In this document: positions 35,380 to 48,239 of the stretch, one piece after another
Position numbering within the stretch: the first letter of the stretch is position 1
Layout of the letters: each line of letters opens with the position of its first letter
Assembly: GCA_010909165.1 (NCBI GenBank)
Contig: MU008199.1
Span: 1 to 64,000 of the forward strand
DNA: 64,000 nt
DNA from: Anthoceros angustus
Lineage: Eukaryota; Plantae; Anthocerotophyta
Reading direction: 5' to 3'
Position numbers and translations under genes: made by a program
Notes under the pieces: generated by a model
Seen by the model: the letters and a program-made list of their open reading frames with translations, nothing else
The model's database searches: none
What the model was told of the DNA's origin: nothing

Positions 35380-36837
35380 GTGCTGATCCTGATGCAGATG
35401 TGTCCTTGCCAACACGACACAGTACAGCAGCCGGGCAGACAAGCTCTGAAGAGTCATCTGGGCAGGGGGTCTCATCATTTCCAGAGGGACAAAATGCCTG
35501 TCAGGGAGCCTGTAGTGACTGTTCCCATGTTTGGGCCTACGGCAAAACGTAAGCTCGTCTTCTCAGAGCACGATGGTGTAACATTACCGGAGCCTGCCGA
35601 CCGGCGACGAAAGTTCCGTTCGGAGGAAGAGACAGAGGTTTCCTCCCCGCCGCCGAGCGAGCAGATAGAATTCGAAAGCGCTGCCAGGGAATCCTCCCCA
35701 TACAATTCCCCTAGGGCTTTCAGAGAGCGCGTCGGGCAAGTGAAGGCGCTCTTGCGAGGCACAAAGCCTGCCGGGTGCCCCTCCCCATTGAGCCCAGTGA
35801 AGTCCTGCGGGACGGTTACATGGAGGCCTCCTGAGGACGGGATTGTCCTCTGCGAATTGTTCGGCGGGATTGGCACGGGATTAGAGGCAGCGCTCAGATC
35901 AGGTCTGCGCATCAAGCGCTATGTCTACTGCGATGCGGACGAGGTAGCTAGACTGGTTGCCAAGGACAGATGCAGGCAGCTGCACCAGCGTTTTCCGGAA
36001 CTCTCTCCCAAAGCCTTAGGGAAGGCATTCACCACATTCCCGCAGGATGTGCGGGGGATCGAACCAGAGCATCTGAGGTCGCTGGGGCAGCTGGATCTGG
36101 TGGTGGCAGGTTGGGAGTGTCAGGGTTTCTCATCTGCGGGGCTCAAGAAGGGATTGAGCGATTCCAGGTCGGCTCTGTTTCTGAACCTAGTGCAGATTTT
36201 GGAGTGGGGGAAGGAGATGTACCCTGGTCTTGCCTTTGTGCTAGAGAACACTGCTGCGCAGTTCGACAGGGCGGAGAACATTCGTGAAGACTATGTTAAA
36301 GTCACCTCCTTCGTTGGCGAGCCATTTGTGATCGATGCTGCTCAGTGCAATTCTTTTGCTCACCGGGTTCGCAATTACTTCACAAATCTTGCTCCTGTCC
36401 CAGAGCTGAATCTTAGCCGGATGCGCACAGAGAGAGACCCCAACCTGAAGGTGAGGGATATCCTGGGGGAAGGACGGAAGACAAAGCCAGTGGTGCATGA
36501 TGAGTATAGCCCCAATTGCACTCTGCCCTTTTACAAATGCAATAAGGTGGGTCAGGAGAGGAGTGCCTGGCCCACTATTGTAGCTTACCTCGAGCCTGAA
36601 GAGTTCACTCGTGCGAATGGAAGCGTTCGCGACACGAGGGGCTCAGGAACCCCACGTTGGACTCCTCCAACTGCACAGGAGCGTGAACTTGCCATGGGCT
36701 TCAGGGCAGACACTACAGGATTTGTTGGTGAAACGCAGCGACGGAAACGTCTGGGCAGGGCAATGGACTTGAATACCCAGGTGTGGATTCTGGCTACTTG
36801 CGTTGAAATACAGCGAAGAAATCTCCGGGCTTGCTGA
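35380..36837 (+). CDS. Stand-alone non-canonical C5 cytosine DNA methyltransferase (start uncertain, possibly ATG at ~35493)
   Basis: Motif I LCELFGGIGTGLEA, II YVYCD, III FPQDV, IV DLVVAGWECQGFSSAG, V DSRSALF, VI FVLEN, VIII HRVRNYFTN, IX ERELAMGF, X RRKRLGRAMD, in canonical order; no BAH, chromo, UBA or PWWP domain. Confidence 0.9.
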   Translation: MLILMQMCPCQHDTVQQPGRQALKSHLGRGSHHFQRDKMPVREPVVTVPMFGPTAKRKLVFSEHDGVTLPEPADRRRKFRSEEETEVSSPPPSEQIEFESAARESSPYNSPRAFRERVGQVKALLRGTKPAGCPSPLSPVKSCGTVTWRPPEDGIVLCELFGGIGTGLEAALRSGLRIKRYVYCDADEVARLVAKDRCRQLHQRFPELSPKALGKAFTTFPQDVRGIEPEHLRSLGQLDLVVAGWECQGFSSAGLKKGLSDSRSALFLNLVQILEWGKEMYPGLAFVLENTAAQFDRAENIREDYVKVTSFVGEPFVIDAAQCNSFAHRVRNYFTNLAPVPELNLSRMRTERDPNLKVRDILGEGRKTKPVVHDEYSPNCTLPFYKCNKVGQERSAWPTIVAYLEPEEFTRANGSVRDTRGSGTPRWTPPTAQERELAMGFRADTTGFVGETQRRKRLGRAMDLNTQVWILATCVEIQRRNLRAC

Positions 36838-37406
36838 CATCCATGTGCAGGCTGCAAGTGGAGGACACCTATTTGATCTGAAGTCCCACAGGCGTGTCCA
36901 TCCTGTCGAGGGAAAGCCTGCCATCGCTGTATATAAAACTGCTTGAATGGAAAGTGAGTTCCTTGGAACTCTTCGTAGAACACAAGAACTGGCAATCGTA
37001 TTTGCCCACTGCATGCCAAAGGGATTTGTCCCCTTTCTCGTCAGAATAAGGACAACGAACAACCGTACTGAAACGGCATGGGCACCAGTGTACAGATGCA
37101 TTGCAAGCAGCACAAATTGCAGCGCAGCCTACCACCTGAAATGAAAAAATGACCACGCACACTTAGTAGTAGCACAGCTACACACTTATGTCACTGCTTT
37201 TCTGTGTCGAGAGTTTATACGCCCCCTGAACCGTCAGTGTGCTGCTGTCCCGATAAAAAATAACTTAAAAATAACTTGGTGCAGTGTTTGACACATCCCT
37301 TCTGCCTCCAAGAAGGGGGCTACAATCACCTCGCAATGTGTCAACAATTGGCATCTGCTGGAAAGAGGCAACTCTTGCCAAAAATGACCTATCCCTTCCT
37401 TGTCCC

Positions 37407-39269
37407 TCAGGGAACGGGGCTGCAATCAGGGTAGGCCTCTGCGTCTGATGGGGAGTGGCATATATCCTGGTGCACCAATTCAGAGATGAGTAGTTGTTGG
37501 CCACCATGTCTGTGACCAACAAGGGCGACGTATGGGGCACCCCGTGCCCGATGGAAGGGTTTCTGCTGGCGTGAGCCTGATAGCACATGTATTACTCCAT
37601 CTTCATTCTTCATCAACTTCAGGTGATCCAACACTCGTCTACCGAGGACAGGGCTCTTGTGAACTAGGTAGTTGATGAGGGCTTTGTCATGGAAGCAGTG
37701 CCTGTTCTTCCTCTGTAGGGCCACACGCACTGTCTCTGTAACAATGGCATTCGTAAGGGTCCTGATTGGTTTGATGCCACCCATCAATATTTCGCTACTC
37801 ACCACGTCCTTTTCCTTCTCCTCCTTGTCCAACGACTTCCACAGCTGCTTACCATATACCTCCTCCAGCAACCCAGCTGTGCCAACCTTTTTTTGCCTCT
37901 TCCTGGAACCTCTTCTTCGCCTGCTAACCCCTCTTCCCGCCTCCAAGAGTTTCCTCTCCCCCACATCAGACCAATCCATGACTGCATGGTCTGCTTCAGT
38001 ATCGTCCTGCCTTTCATCACTCTCACCGTGATCCTCCCCTTCCTGCTCACTTAACCTGGCAACGTTCTGCCTGGCTTCGACCAGGGTCTCTTCCCTTGCA
38101 GCCGGAGCTTCACTCCACTTCCGGTCCTCCATGGCAAGATACAGGCCTTCACGCTTCCTCACAGTTGCCAGGGCATCTCCCAGAAACGTTACACCAGCAA
38201 CCTGAGAAAGAACCACATTACGATACCGGAATCTCACCATTCCAAGGATCATCTGGTAACACACCCATCTCCTCAACTGGCTGGTGGGCTTGTCTATGAA
38301 GCCCTTGAGCATCTCCGTAGGATCCAGGTCTTGCATCTCAAAACCAACAATGGAACCCCACTCGGCCCATCGAGGAGCCTCCTCTCTGTCAAAATTGCTG
38401 CCATTTCCCCACAAACTCGGCTCGACTGGACCCCTATTTTCTTCGGCGGACTTCCTGTATCCCAGGAAGTTGAAAACGCTGACCGATGCATTCAATCCTC
38501 CCGAACCCGAACCAAGCGTCTCGATACCTGTCAACGAACTACCAAATGAGGGAACCGACTTCCCTCCAAAAACTTCATTATTTCCATCTTTCCCTCCACT
38601 CTGCACCTGCTTGTCACCCTCCCCATCCTGACTAGAACCACGCCCTTGAAAACTAGACTCAGCCTGCCTCACAAGATGCCTAAAACTCCTCTCCTCCGCC
38701 CGAATCACCTCTATAAACTCCTTCGGCACCGGACTCCAAGGAAAAAGAATCACGACATCCGACCTGGCAGGCATCCCACTTCTGTGCAACGTCCTCAGAA
38801 AGAACTGCAACTCCTCCGGACTAGTTGCCTCCCCCAGATGAGCCACAAACAGATCGTGCATTCCCCGGCTACCTCTCCGGAACAAAACCCCCATTCCCTG
38901 CAGCGCCAGCCGGTCTTGATATCCATCCCACTCCACCTCCCCCTCCTTGGTCAAGGCCAGCGCCTGATCAACCCGGCTCCTCCTCAGCATGCTCCAGGTA
39001 CCGCTCGTCCGCTTCGAATCAGGAGGGGAAATCCATGGCTTCTCCGACAGCACCCCGGGGTCCAATGTGCACAAAACAAACAGCAACACCGTGAACAGCA
39101 GCATGAAGACGCAAATGAAGATGGCCGATTGCACTTTCAGCTTGAAGTACTTCCTGGACACCTTGTCTGTACATGTGCAGTCCCAGGTGCTCAGCGGCAA
39201 GCTCCCCCAGGGAATGCCTTTGCATGCGAATTTGCATCCTCTGGCCAGCATCTCGTGATTTACCCCCAT
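37407..39269 (-). CDS. Conserved plant type-II membrane protein of unknown function (620 aa, intronless)
   Basis: N-terminal TM segment SAIFICVFMLLFTVLLFVL; ALQGMGVLFRRGSRGMHDLFVAH, WGSIVGFE..DLDP...L.GF and LRRWVCYQMILG resemble an uncharacterised land-plant family as recalled. Confidence 0.8.
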   Translation of the reverse strand: MGVNHEMLARGCKFACKGIPWGSLPLSTWDCTCTDKVSRKYFKLKVQSAIFICVFMLLFTVLLFVLCTLDPGVLSEKPWISPPDSKRTSGTWSMLRRSRVDQALALTKEGEVEWDGYQDRLALQGMGVLFRRGSRGMHDLFVAHLGEATSPEELQFFLRTLHRSGMPARSDVVILFPWSPVPKEFIEVIRAEERSFRHLVRQAESSFQGRGSSQDGEGDKQVQSGGKDGNNEVFGGKSVPSFGSSLTGIETLGSGSGGLNASVSVFNFLGYRKSAEENRGPVEPSLWGNGSNFDREEAPRWAEWGSIVGFEMQDLDPTEMLKGFIDKPTSQLRRWVCYQMILGMVRFRYRNVVLSQVAGVTFLGDALATVRKREGLYLAMEDRKWSEAPAAREETLVEARQNVARLSEQEGEDHGESDERQDDTEADHAVMDWSDVGERKLLEAGRGVSRRRRGSRKRQKKVGTAGLLEEVYGKQLWKSLDKEEKEKDVVSSEILMGGIKPIRTLTNAIVTETVRVALQRKNRHCFHDKALINYLVHKSPVLGRRVLDHLKLMKNEDGVIHVLSGSRQQKPFHRARGAPYVALVGHRHGGQQLLISELVHQDICHSPSDAEAYPDCSPVP

Positions 39270-40149
39270 GGAGAGCTCACCGGCGAGAAGAAAAAATGCC
39301 GAGCTGCGAGATGTCCCAGATTTGCACTCCCTGCAGCTGGGACTGTGTGGCCATCATCGGGGCTGCCTGCACTCGCTTCGCTGAGGCCGGGGGAGCTGCA
39401 TGCGGATGCGGATGCTAGGAGGCCACTTCTGCTGCGGTGAGAGCGTCTGATTCGGTTTCACGACCGAGGCTGCATCGACCGCCGGCCACAGCAGGCATAG
39501 CCGCCGCCAGATCTGGAGGTCGGGAGCTTCCGGTTGCTCAGACTGCTCCATCAGCAGCGTGCCAGCGCGGATGGAAGCAGGCGGGACACAAAGGGCAAGA
39601 AGCGTCGCCTGCTGGTGGTTGCTTCATCATAGTAAAGAAGTTGCGTGTGTTGCTCTTCTCGGCACGCGTTAAAACCAACCAGCTCCAGCCCACACTGGAG
39701 TGCGTGCATTATTAGTCTACCACCTCCGAAATTCACCTCGCTCCGACATGCCAATGCCTTCGGAGGCTAATGGATCGCGGTGAAAGACTCCGTGGAGTTC
39801 GAATCTTCCCATAAATGTATCAAAGGTTAGAGATAACCTTCATAATTAATTTCTACTTTGTAAACACATTCAGCAACGTGCTGCGATATACATAGCTTAC
39901 GGAACAAAGATTTTGAGTTATGTGTTGGGCCACATGAAGTTCCAAAATGTCACCAAAGAGCGGACCATTACAATCCTGCATGAATTAGTAGCCATTATTA
40001 GCTCCAACCTCCAACCTCTCATGGTGCATCTAGAGTACTTTCTATGTGACTTTTCTCATAGCTTACTGGAACAACCCCAGACAACCCCAATATCATCTCA
40101 TAGCTTACTGGAACAACCCCAGACCCAGTATCAACCACATTCGCTAGAA

Positions 40150-42200
40150 CTCATCTTTGAATAACCAGAATTTGAGATTCCAGCCACCTATAGGTATCCC
40201 ATTTTGATGAAAGAACACTATATAACCTACAGGTGTCCCATTGAGGTGATCTAATAACTAAATTATAAACAATCAAGTGAAAGTTTATGGATGCTTGTTG
40301 ATAACAAAACAAAATCGCCAATGGAGTATTGCTAAGGGAGCCGACATCGGTTGGCGTATTGGACCTGTCAAAATTGTGCCTCAAAGCCGAGTTGGCAGGC
40401 TTGCTCCTGAACTTCAACAAGTATGCCAAGGAAGTCTGCGGCAGCAGGTACAGGAGCATGAGTAGGGATGGTGGCAGCCATTGTTTGAGAGCGAGTACCT
40501 AGGCCAGGGTTTCTTTCTCACTCGTAGTCATGTTAAGCTCGGCACCTTTGAGCTTGCGAGAGAAATACGCAATAGGTTGCTTGCCAGAACCTGATCTTGC
40601 TAGAGAGTAACACCTATAGCCAAGTCCGAAGCGTTAATGGTGACAATGAAGGAGAGAGCAGGATCAGGGTAAGCAAGGAGGGGGGTTGTGATGAAACGTG
40701 CCTACTTGATGTGAGCAAAAGCAGTATCCTGCTCGACGGACCACATTTAGGACATACCCTGTTGCCATACGTTGGTGAGAGGCGTGGCAAGATGAGCAAA
40801 ATGGGGGATAAACTTATGATAGTAGGATGCAAGGCCTAAGAAACTCTGAATATCATGAACATTGGCAGGGGTAAGCCAATCACAGACTACCTAGATCTTG
40901 GTTGGGTCAGGACGAGTACAATAAGCATCAACAATATGACTCAGATATTCCACATGTTGCCGTAGTAGTTCACATTTAGGAGCTTGGACATAGAGCTTAT
41001 ACTGATGTAAGCGAAGGAGGCCTCACGCAAATTCTTGTCATGCTCCTTCCTGCTATGTCTATATATACATGAGAATGTCATCTAAGTAAACGAGAAATTT
41101 TCCCTTGTTAATCAGACCGTGAAAAATACCATTCATAAGTATTTGGAAAATTGCAGGGGCATTGGTCATGCTTAAAGACATTATAAGCCACTCATAGTGG
41201 CCATACCTGGTGTTGAAAGCGGTCTTCTCTTTGTCCCCTTGTGCTATGCGAATTTGATAGCAACCACTAGCCAAGTCCAACTTCGAAAAGTATTAGGCCC
41301 CTGTCAATCCTTCTAACAACTTATCAATACGAAGAAGGGGGAAAGTGTTTCGCTTGGTTAGGTTATTGAGCCCTCGATAATCAATACACAGCGTAGTTTA
41401 CTGTCCTTTTTGCAAGAGAATAGGATAGGGGCATCATGCGAGGACTTGGACGGGCGGATGTGACCCTTTCAAAACAACTCCTCGACTTGCTGTGTAGACT
41501 CCTCGACCTCCAATGGTGACATGCGATAGACATGCTTATATGGCGGCTTGTGCACTCTAGATATAAGCTCGATGTGACGATTGACATCCCGAGTTGGGAG
41601 AAGTCATGCATGTAAAGTCTCAACAAGGATGTTCTCAAACTCGAATATAAGAGCAGCTAACCTAGCATCATCTTCAGCAGCAACAAACTTGTCTGGGAGT
41701 GTTGGGCATGCACAACTGCTCTTTAATAACAACCAAAGTCACACCTAGTCCTTTCTAGTGCATGTCCCAATGCATACTTTGTGCTAAAATTTGTTGTACA
41801 GTCCGTTGCTTTGGAGGTGCTCTCCTCAAACCACATATCGTCGACCTTTTAACTCTAGGTTAACTTAACTCCTTGTGTGTCCAAGTAATGGTTGGGTTGT
41901 GGTCCTCCAGCTAGGGCATACCAAGAATGACGTCATGGCCATTCCCTAAGGCAATAACGATGAATTGTAGGCGCTTGTAGTAACTTCCCATCTACAAGTT
42001 TACCATACAGTTGAAAGTGGCCTGCTTCTGAGGCTGCCCATCATCCAAGTATACTTCACCGCAAATCTGCCTTGAATCAAATCCTCCTTCCTGTGCAATT
42101 GTCCGAGACATAAAATAAGTGTTCGTTCCACAATCTATCAAAAGCGGCAAGGGCTCCCATTTACATAAAGTCGCGGCCATGTCTGGGGCCTCAATGTGCC
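40150..42200 (-). mobile_element. Degenerate Ty3/gypsy pol fragment (protease, RT, RNase H)
   Basis: LLIDCGTNTYFMS (protease); LDLASGCYQIRIAQGDKEKTAFNTRYGHYEWLIM...NAPAIFQ...LVYLDDIL (RT); QPIAYFSRKLKGAELN...EKETLA (RNase H); stops and frameshifts. Confidence 0.9.
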
Positions 42201-45200
42201 TAGTCAGTTTTTCAGTGGGATGGTGAAGGTGAAAAGAAGAGAGAGAAAATTACCAATTAATAATTATTTTTACTCTATTGGAAAAAAATCATTACAACAG
42301 AGTATAAAATGTAGACTAATGGATGAAAGTATTTCACCATCCAAGTTAAAACTAGAACACGAGAGTAAAAACTGAACAGCCAGGTGAATGACAAGTACAA
42401 TCTAAAACACCATGGGTAGATTGTAATACAGCAAGGTAAACAATAATCCACTAGTAATCCCACCACAATCGCTAATCTGGCAATAAAACATCTTATATTA
42501 AGTACTATTCATGCGGATCCAGTTATACAAAACAACTGAGAAAGAAATGTATTCTTTGCAGAGTTTTCTGTATATATCCAGAATTACATGAAATTAAAAG
42601 AACAAAACATAGAGAAATTACTAGAATAGTTGATCCACGTTATTCAAGAATTGCAAACCTACACAAACAAAGTCAGACCTATAATCAGGCAATGTAGCAA
42701 GACATGAAAACGGAGGAAATAAGAAACGTATTAGGGAATGGACGTGCAGAGGGGTGCTATAGGAAAACACCTGACCTTATTTTGGAAAATCAATTGTACA
42801 GTTGTACAGATTGAAGATGCAATTTCCACGACCACTTGGTTCTTAGAATTGCCATTCTCAATGCCATGGTGCACTACCACATCCAGAACTGTAGGCAATG
42901 TTGCCACATTCTTGTCTTCTTACACTTCCACTTTTGATGTCTCATTACAATGACTCGACATAAAAACTTCTCCTTGAGGAGGCACCGTGGCCATTGCACG
43001 GACATCGTAGGACAACTTTGAAATCAAGCCACCATTGATGTTGAACTGTGGAACTGGCACGCTGTGCTCATAAACAGTGCTATTTTTAGCACTGTAGTAT
43101 AGAATCTGTCAGCAAAAACAAAATTAGACCACCTTGAACAAATAACGCCGAAGACAGAACAGTCAAACCACCAACTTAAATACTTTACCTTCTCAACATG
43201 CTGAGATTGTATGCAAGACCCTATAGATAGCCTACTGTTGATGTTGAACTGAGGATCTTGAACATTGCTTTCATGCATAGTGTCAACATCTATGGCTACA
43301 GAATTCAGGACTTGCCAGCAAGAATAAACCTGAATAAAAATAGCTTGGAGAAGAGTACATGGAACAGTCCAACCACAAATTAAAGACAAACTTGCCTTCT
43401 CAACACCCTCAGTTTGAGTACAACAAGCACCATATGAGAGTAATTTTGAAATTGGTCTAATGCTGACGTTCAACTGAGAGACTTGCACATTGCTTTCATG
43501 AAGAGTAACATCCATGGCTACAAAGGGCAGACCTGCCAGCATAAAGCTAAGAGAGTCAAATTACCCAAAACCAAGAAAGTGAAAATGCCAACTTATTCCA
43601 AACTTATATTCTCAACAAATTGGGCTTGTAAGCAACATCTAGCTTAAGCTTGCACAAAACCATCTTCTCAACATCAAAATATCTTCTGAATATCAAATAT
43701 CTGCTCAATGCAAATAGGAAAACGTACATCTTCAGGCTGACTGGAAAGAACTACTTCACATTGACTGCTGCTGATAGTAGAACACCTCGCAAATCATCTT
43801 GCATCTGACTGAGTTCTTCATAAAGCAACTCCTTGTACGATTTTCTTTCACTAGGAGCTAATATCGTCGTTGCAGCTGCCTATTTCGCTTGCCCCGAGTG
43901 ATCATACCTACAAAGTCCACACATTGTGAGCAAAAAGAAATGTCATTGAATGACATAAACAAGTCACAGATACTACCTTGAAAATCCGACGTCAATTTTG
44001 TGGCCTGTGACACTTTTGCTAGTGTCAGAGGAGCTTACCACGTCATGTAGAAACATAGAAAAGAAGTCACCATGCCTTCTATGACTTTGCAAAAGAAACC
44101 AGAAAGGGTATGCATGTGCCACGAGGCAATGACCTCGACTCCTTGCGAAAAAAGCTAAGAGGGGTGTGGGAGTGGTACGAAGGGGAGGATTCATTATGAT
44201 CCTTACTGTCATCTTCATCATTGCCAACATCTCAATTGACAGTTTCTAACATGTACACTCAATTCAGGGAAATAGCTTTGAAAATCTTGTTGTGCGGCGC
44301 ATCTTGTCTTATCATGTTTCACTACTTTGTTGTTAGCATTCAACTCAAAGGCAGTCACCATGGGAGAGTGTGTGAGCTATCTTTGAAACATCTTTTGCTA
44401 CTGCGCCCCATGTGCGGGTGACTCTAAAGTCCTGGTCAAGTGTAACATGGAGGCCACTAATTCCTTTAAGTTCGGTGAGAAACAATTTTGGATGCACAGC
44501 TCAGCAAAAGCGAAATCTTGTTGCAAGCCTCGGACTCGAACCTCGCGATTTTTTCCTAGTGAAGGATTTGGTCGAACCCGCCGTAGAGGTTCGGTTCTCT
44601 TCTTGTCTTGTGCGCATGCTTAGTATGTTTCTTTTCCGCCGTTGTATCTGACTTTCGAGTAATATGTGGGTATAGGGAAGTATTAAAAGTAACGGGGAGA
44701 AAATCTGCACATGTAGCCAATATTGCAACCATGACTTCTTCTTAAAAAACTACTTGCGCTGCTTCTTATGTTGCTGTGCTGTGGATTCCTCAGATGTCAC
44801 CGATGTAACTCGAAGAAAGAATAAATAGATTTTGATAGTTTGTTAAATATATTAAAAATAAAAACAAGAAAAAATTAACCACCAGATTTTAACACATGCA
44901 GTAAAAGGAGGCTACATTTTTCATCCTGCTGTGCATCAAAGTCACCGCTATGTCTCAAAGTCAACCCAAAGACAGCGATTGAGGGAATCTGAATCTTAAT
45001 GAAAGTTACATTTTTCATCCTCGATTTGAAAACGAAAATACTTGGTATTACATGTGTAGAGGATTTTCAAAGATGACCCAAAAACGTGATAGACGTGAAT
45101 CGTCGAAAGCGTTTGTAAGACGCAGAGGAATCGGTTTTGCTGGCAGGAGTCCGGGCGAGCGCTGTTAATGCTTCGCCTACAAGATCGCTGCCGTCCGACA

Positions 45201-45609
45201 CACATGCCGACGGGGGTACGTATGGAGTATTGTAAACGGGAGAGCCGAGAGCCGAGAGCCGAGAGGACAGAGTCGAGGAAAAGGGAGGGCCAAATTGTGA
45301 AGCGAAGAATGTGTCTCCCTTCACTATTTCACCTCAGCGCGTGGGGCCGGCCCGGCAGGAAGCGCGGCCCGCGGTGAGAGCGGATTAGGTCGTGGCCAGA
45401 GAAGAGAAAAGGGGGTGGTGATTCGTGAATCGTGATGGCCGGGGTAACTGGCGTTAAGCGGTGGTTAACGGGCATTTGTGGGGCGAGGGGGTAAAGAAGG
45501 CGAGTCCGGATCCGGGCACCACGTCGGCTTTTGGGCGAATGGCGAATGCATCGCGAGAGTCCTGCTCCAGATCCGCGCGCCAAAATCCGGCACCTTCACC
45601 CAGCCCGGC

Positions 45610-48239
45610 ATGGATGCGTTTGCCAGCATGCTGATTTCCAAGCTGTGCTGCAATCCTGTCACTCTAGACAAACAATCGCTCATCGCTATGCACAACGAGG
45701 CAGCTCAGGGCCTGAAGATGCTGTCCGGAATGGGCTGGCACCCGCAGACTGTGGCCGACTCCGACGCCAGGCGCTCATCTTCCGCCGCCCTCCCCAGTCT
45801 GCGCAGAATCGGCATCAGGTAGCTCCATGGATTGCTTCGCCCGCCCGGCTGCAATGCGATGAGGCTCCAGCCCGATGCTCACGTTTTGTGGGCGTTTTTG
45901 GCAGGGATTTGACGCCCGGGAAGCGGCACCCTGGGAAGGTGCTCCACGGCCGGCTCTGCGTAAAGGCGTTCAAGATATGCGCTTTCATCCAGACCGTGTT
46001 GGAGGAGGACAGGCCGGAGACGGGGAAGGCCATCACGCTGAAAATCAGGCATTCCGGGAGCTCGGCTTCCGGGGAGGCGGAGGCGGAGGCGGAGGTGGAG
46101 CTGCTGTACCCCCTGGGGCTCAAGGTGGCCATCAAGGAGCCCTTCTTCGTGGAATTTCCGGGAGGGTTCATCGGGCTCAGGATCGATGATCCCGCGGACA
46201 TCGTGCGCCTGGAGGCGGAGAAGCCTGAACCTAATCGGGCCCTGCTGCAGAGCGAGGGGCCCGGGGACCTGGAGGTGGCGGATTTGCTGCGGAAGGAGGG
46301 GAACCTCTTCTTTGCTAACAAGGACTGGGACAAGGCAATTGAGCTGTATGGCAGGTGCATTGATGAGATTAGAGTTAGCGCTAGGGCTATCCAAGAAGAG
46401 TACGATGGCAGGGTTGAGGCGGGCAAGCCGGGTGGGGAGGGCGCCTCCAACCCTGCGGCGCACGCCAAGCGCAAGTCTAAGCAGGCCAGGACTAGGAAGA
46501 AGAAGCGGGAGCTCAAGACCGTGGCTGTTGCGCTGCAGATCAGGGAGGAATTTCAGGCCGCGGCTGTCGTTTTGCTCACTGCTGCGTATTCGAATAGAGC
46601 CGAGGCGTGGCTGAGGCTGAGGCATTTCGAGAATGCGTATCTGGATGCGCAGAGGGCGCTGTATTTCACGCCTACGCATGACAAGAGCTTGCTGAGAAAG
46701 GGGAAGGCGCTTCATGGTTTGCAGTGTTACAAATTAGCCAGTTCTTGCTACCAAGAAGTGTTGGATCTGCCTTCTGCGAAGCTGTCGGCGGAGACGCGGG
46801 AGCATATAAAGTCCAGTCTGTTGAGGGAGGCTCGGGTTGCGGAGATCCAGTCTCGCCTGGGAATTTACAACTTGGAGGATTTCTTTTTAGGGGGCTGCAA
46901 GGGGGATCCACCAGCTTGCGCTGACTTTGTGGGGCCTGTGGAGGTTCGGCATGTCAACCAGACTGTAGGAAGGGGCTTGTTTGTCACTAAGGATGTGAAG
47001 GAAGGGGACTTGCTGCTGGTTTCCAATCCGGTTGCGGTCGCTCGGGGTAGTCCAGATGTAGGGTTAGGGCACGGCTCTGCAGAAGGAGCGGAGGCTGATG
47101 TGGCTGTGCTGCAAGACTTGACGTCTCAACTCAGGGATGCAGCCAGGAGGAGCTGTCGGAAATTGGAGCAGATTTACACTCTGGCCGATGGGAACAAGGC
47201 CAGGAAGGGGGAGGTCCCTTCCATGGCCGTCTTCGCACCTCAGGAGCCCAGCACAGCCTTTCTGCAACACGATGTAAAATCCTTTTCTGGAAAGCTAGAC
47301 GTGCTGCTGGAGCGGGACCTCATTGAGGTCCAGATCGACAACCCTAGGATGCGAAGAGTAGTAGACATCAACGTGTTCGAGGGAAGTCGGTTCACGAGTT
47401 CGCCAGTCATCAATCTGGTTTGGGTTCCAGAAAGGGAGACTCCTGCTGGAATTTGGATTCTGCCCTCTTTTATAAACCACTCTTGTATACCCAACTGTTC
47501 TCGAAGGCATGTGGGTGACACCATGTTCGTCAACGCTTCCCGAGATCTTCATGCTGGAGAGGAAGTTACGGTCGCTTACTTCCATCTCTTCATACCAGCA
47601 CATGAACGAAGGTCTCTGTGTGATAAGAGGGGCTTCTGCTGCTGCTGTCCTAGGTGCACCTTGGAGCAAAGCCTAGCATCCAGAGCTCCCGCGTTGAGAA
47701 GAGTTTCACAAAGGTATGTCAAGTACTCGGCTCTGACTGATGCTGTGGGCACGTTGTCTGCTGCTTCGAAAGGTGCCAGTATGCGACGCGATCTCAACCA
47801 GTTTCTGGAGTCTAATCATCTGCAGCTCAACGCTGAAAGCAAGAATTGGATACGGGCTTCCTATATAAGACCCTACCTCCAGGCCATCGTCCAGGTTCTG
47901 CACTCGAGAAGGGTGACGGGGGCCAAAACTCCTATCACCACTCAGTCCTTTGACATGGTGTTTGATGCCATGATATCCGTCCATCCAGGCTCAGAGGACA
48001 CACTTTCCATGCTTTGTCACCCTTTTTCTTATGGAACAGCAGATGTTTCTCCTAGTAAGAGCAAGGCCTGGGCAGATCTAGCTCTCCGGATCTGCAGATG
48101 TGTGTACGGCTCTTTCAAAGAATCTACTGGTGAGGCCATTTTAAAACATCACACTGAGAGTTCTTTGAGATACATGGAGAAACAGGTTGCTTCTCACTTA
48201 GATACCTTTAGATTCGAATGGTTTTGTGCTGTCAAATAA
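45610..48239 (+). CDS. SET-B: N-domain + TPR + SMYD-type SET protein; exons 45610-45818 and 45905-48239 (~847 aa)
   Basis: KRHPGKVLHG...VAIKEPFF...RIDDPADI; TPR LRKEGNLFFANKDWDKAIELY, YSNRAEAWLRL, KSLLRKGKAL; SET GRGLFVTKDV, IWILPSFINHSCIPN, AGEEVTVAY, CCCPRC. Phase-2 intron 45819-45904. Confidence 0.92.

Noticed and set aside
35380-36837. Bacterial restriction-modification system or contamination
   Set aside because: No partner endonuclease, and the gene is flanked by intron-containing RPL7 and a plant-type gene.
42300-45200. Minus-strand coding-like fragments with a ~240 bp internal repeat (HESNVQ twice)
   Set aside because: No recognisable domain or consistent gene model; probably a decayed TE or gene.
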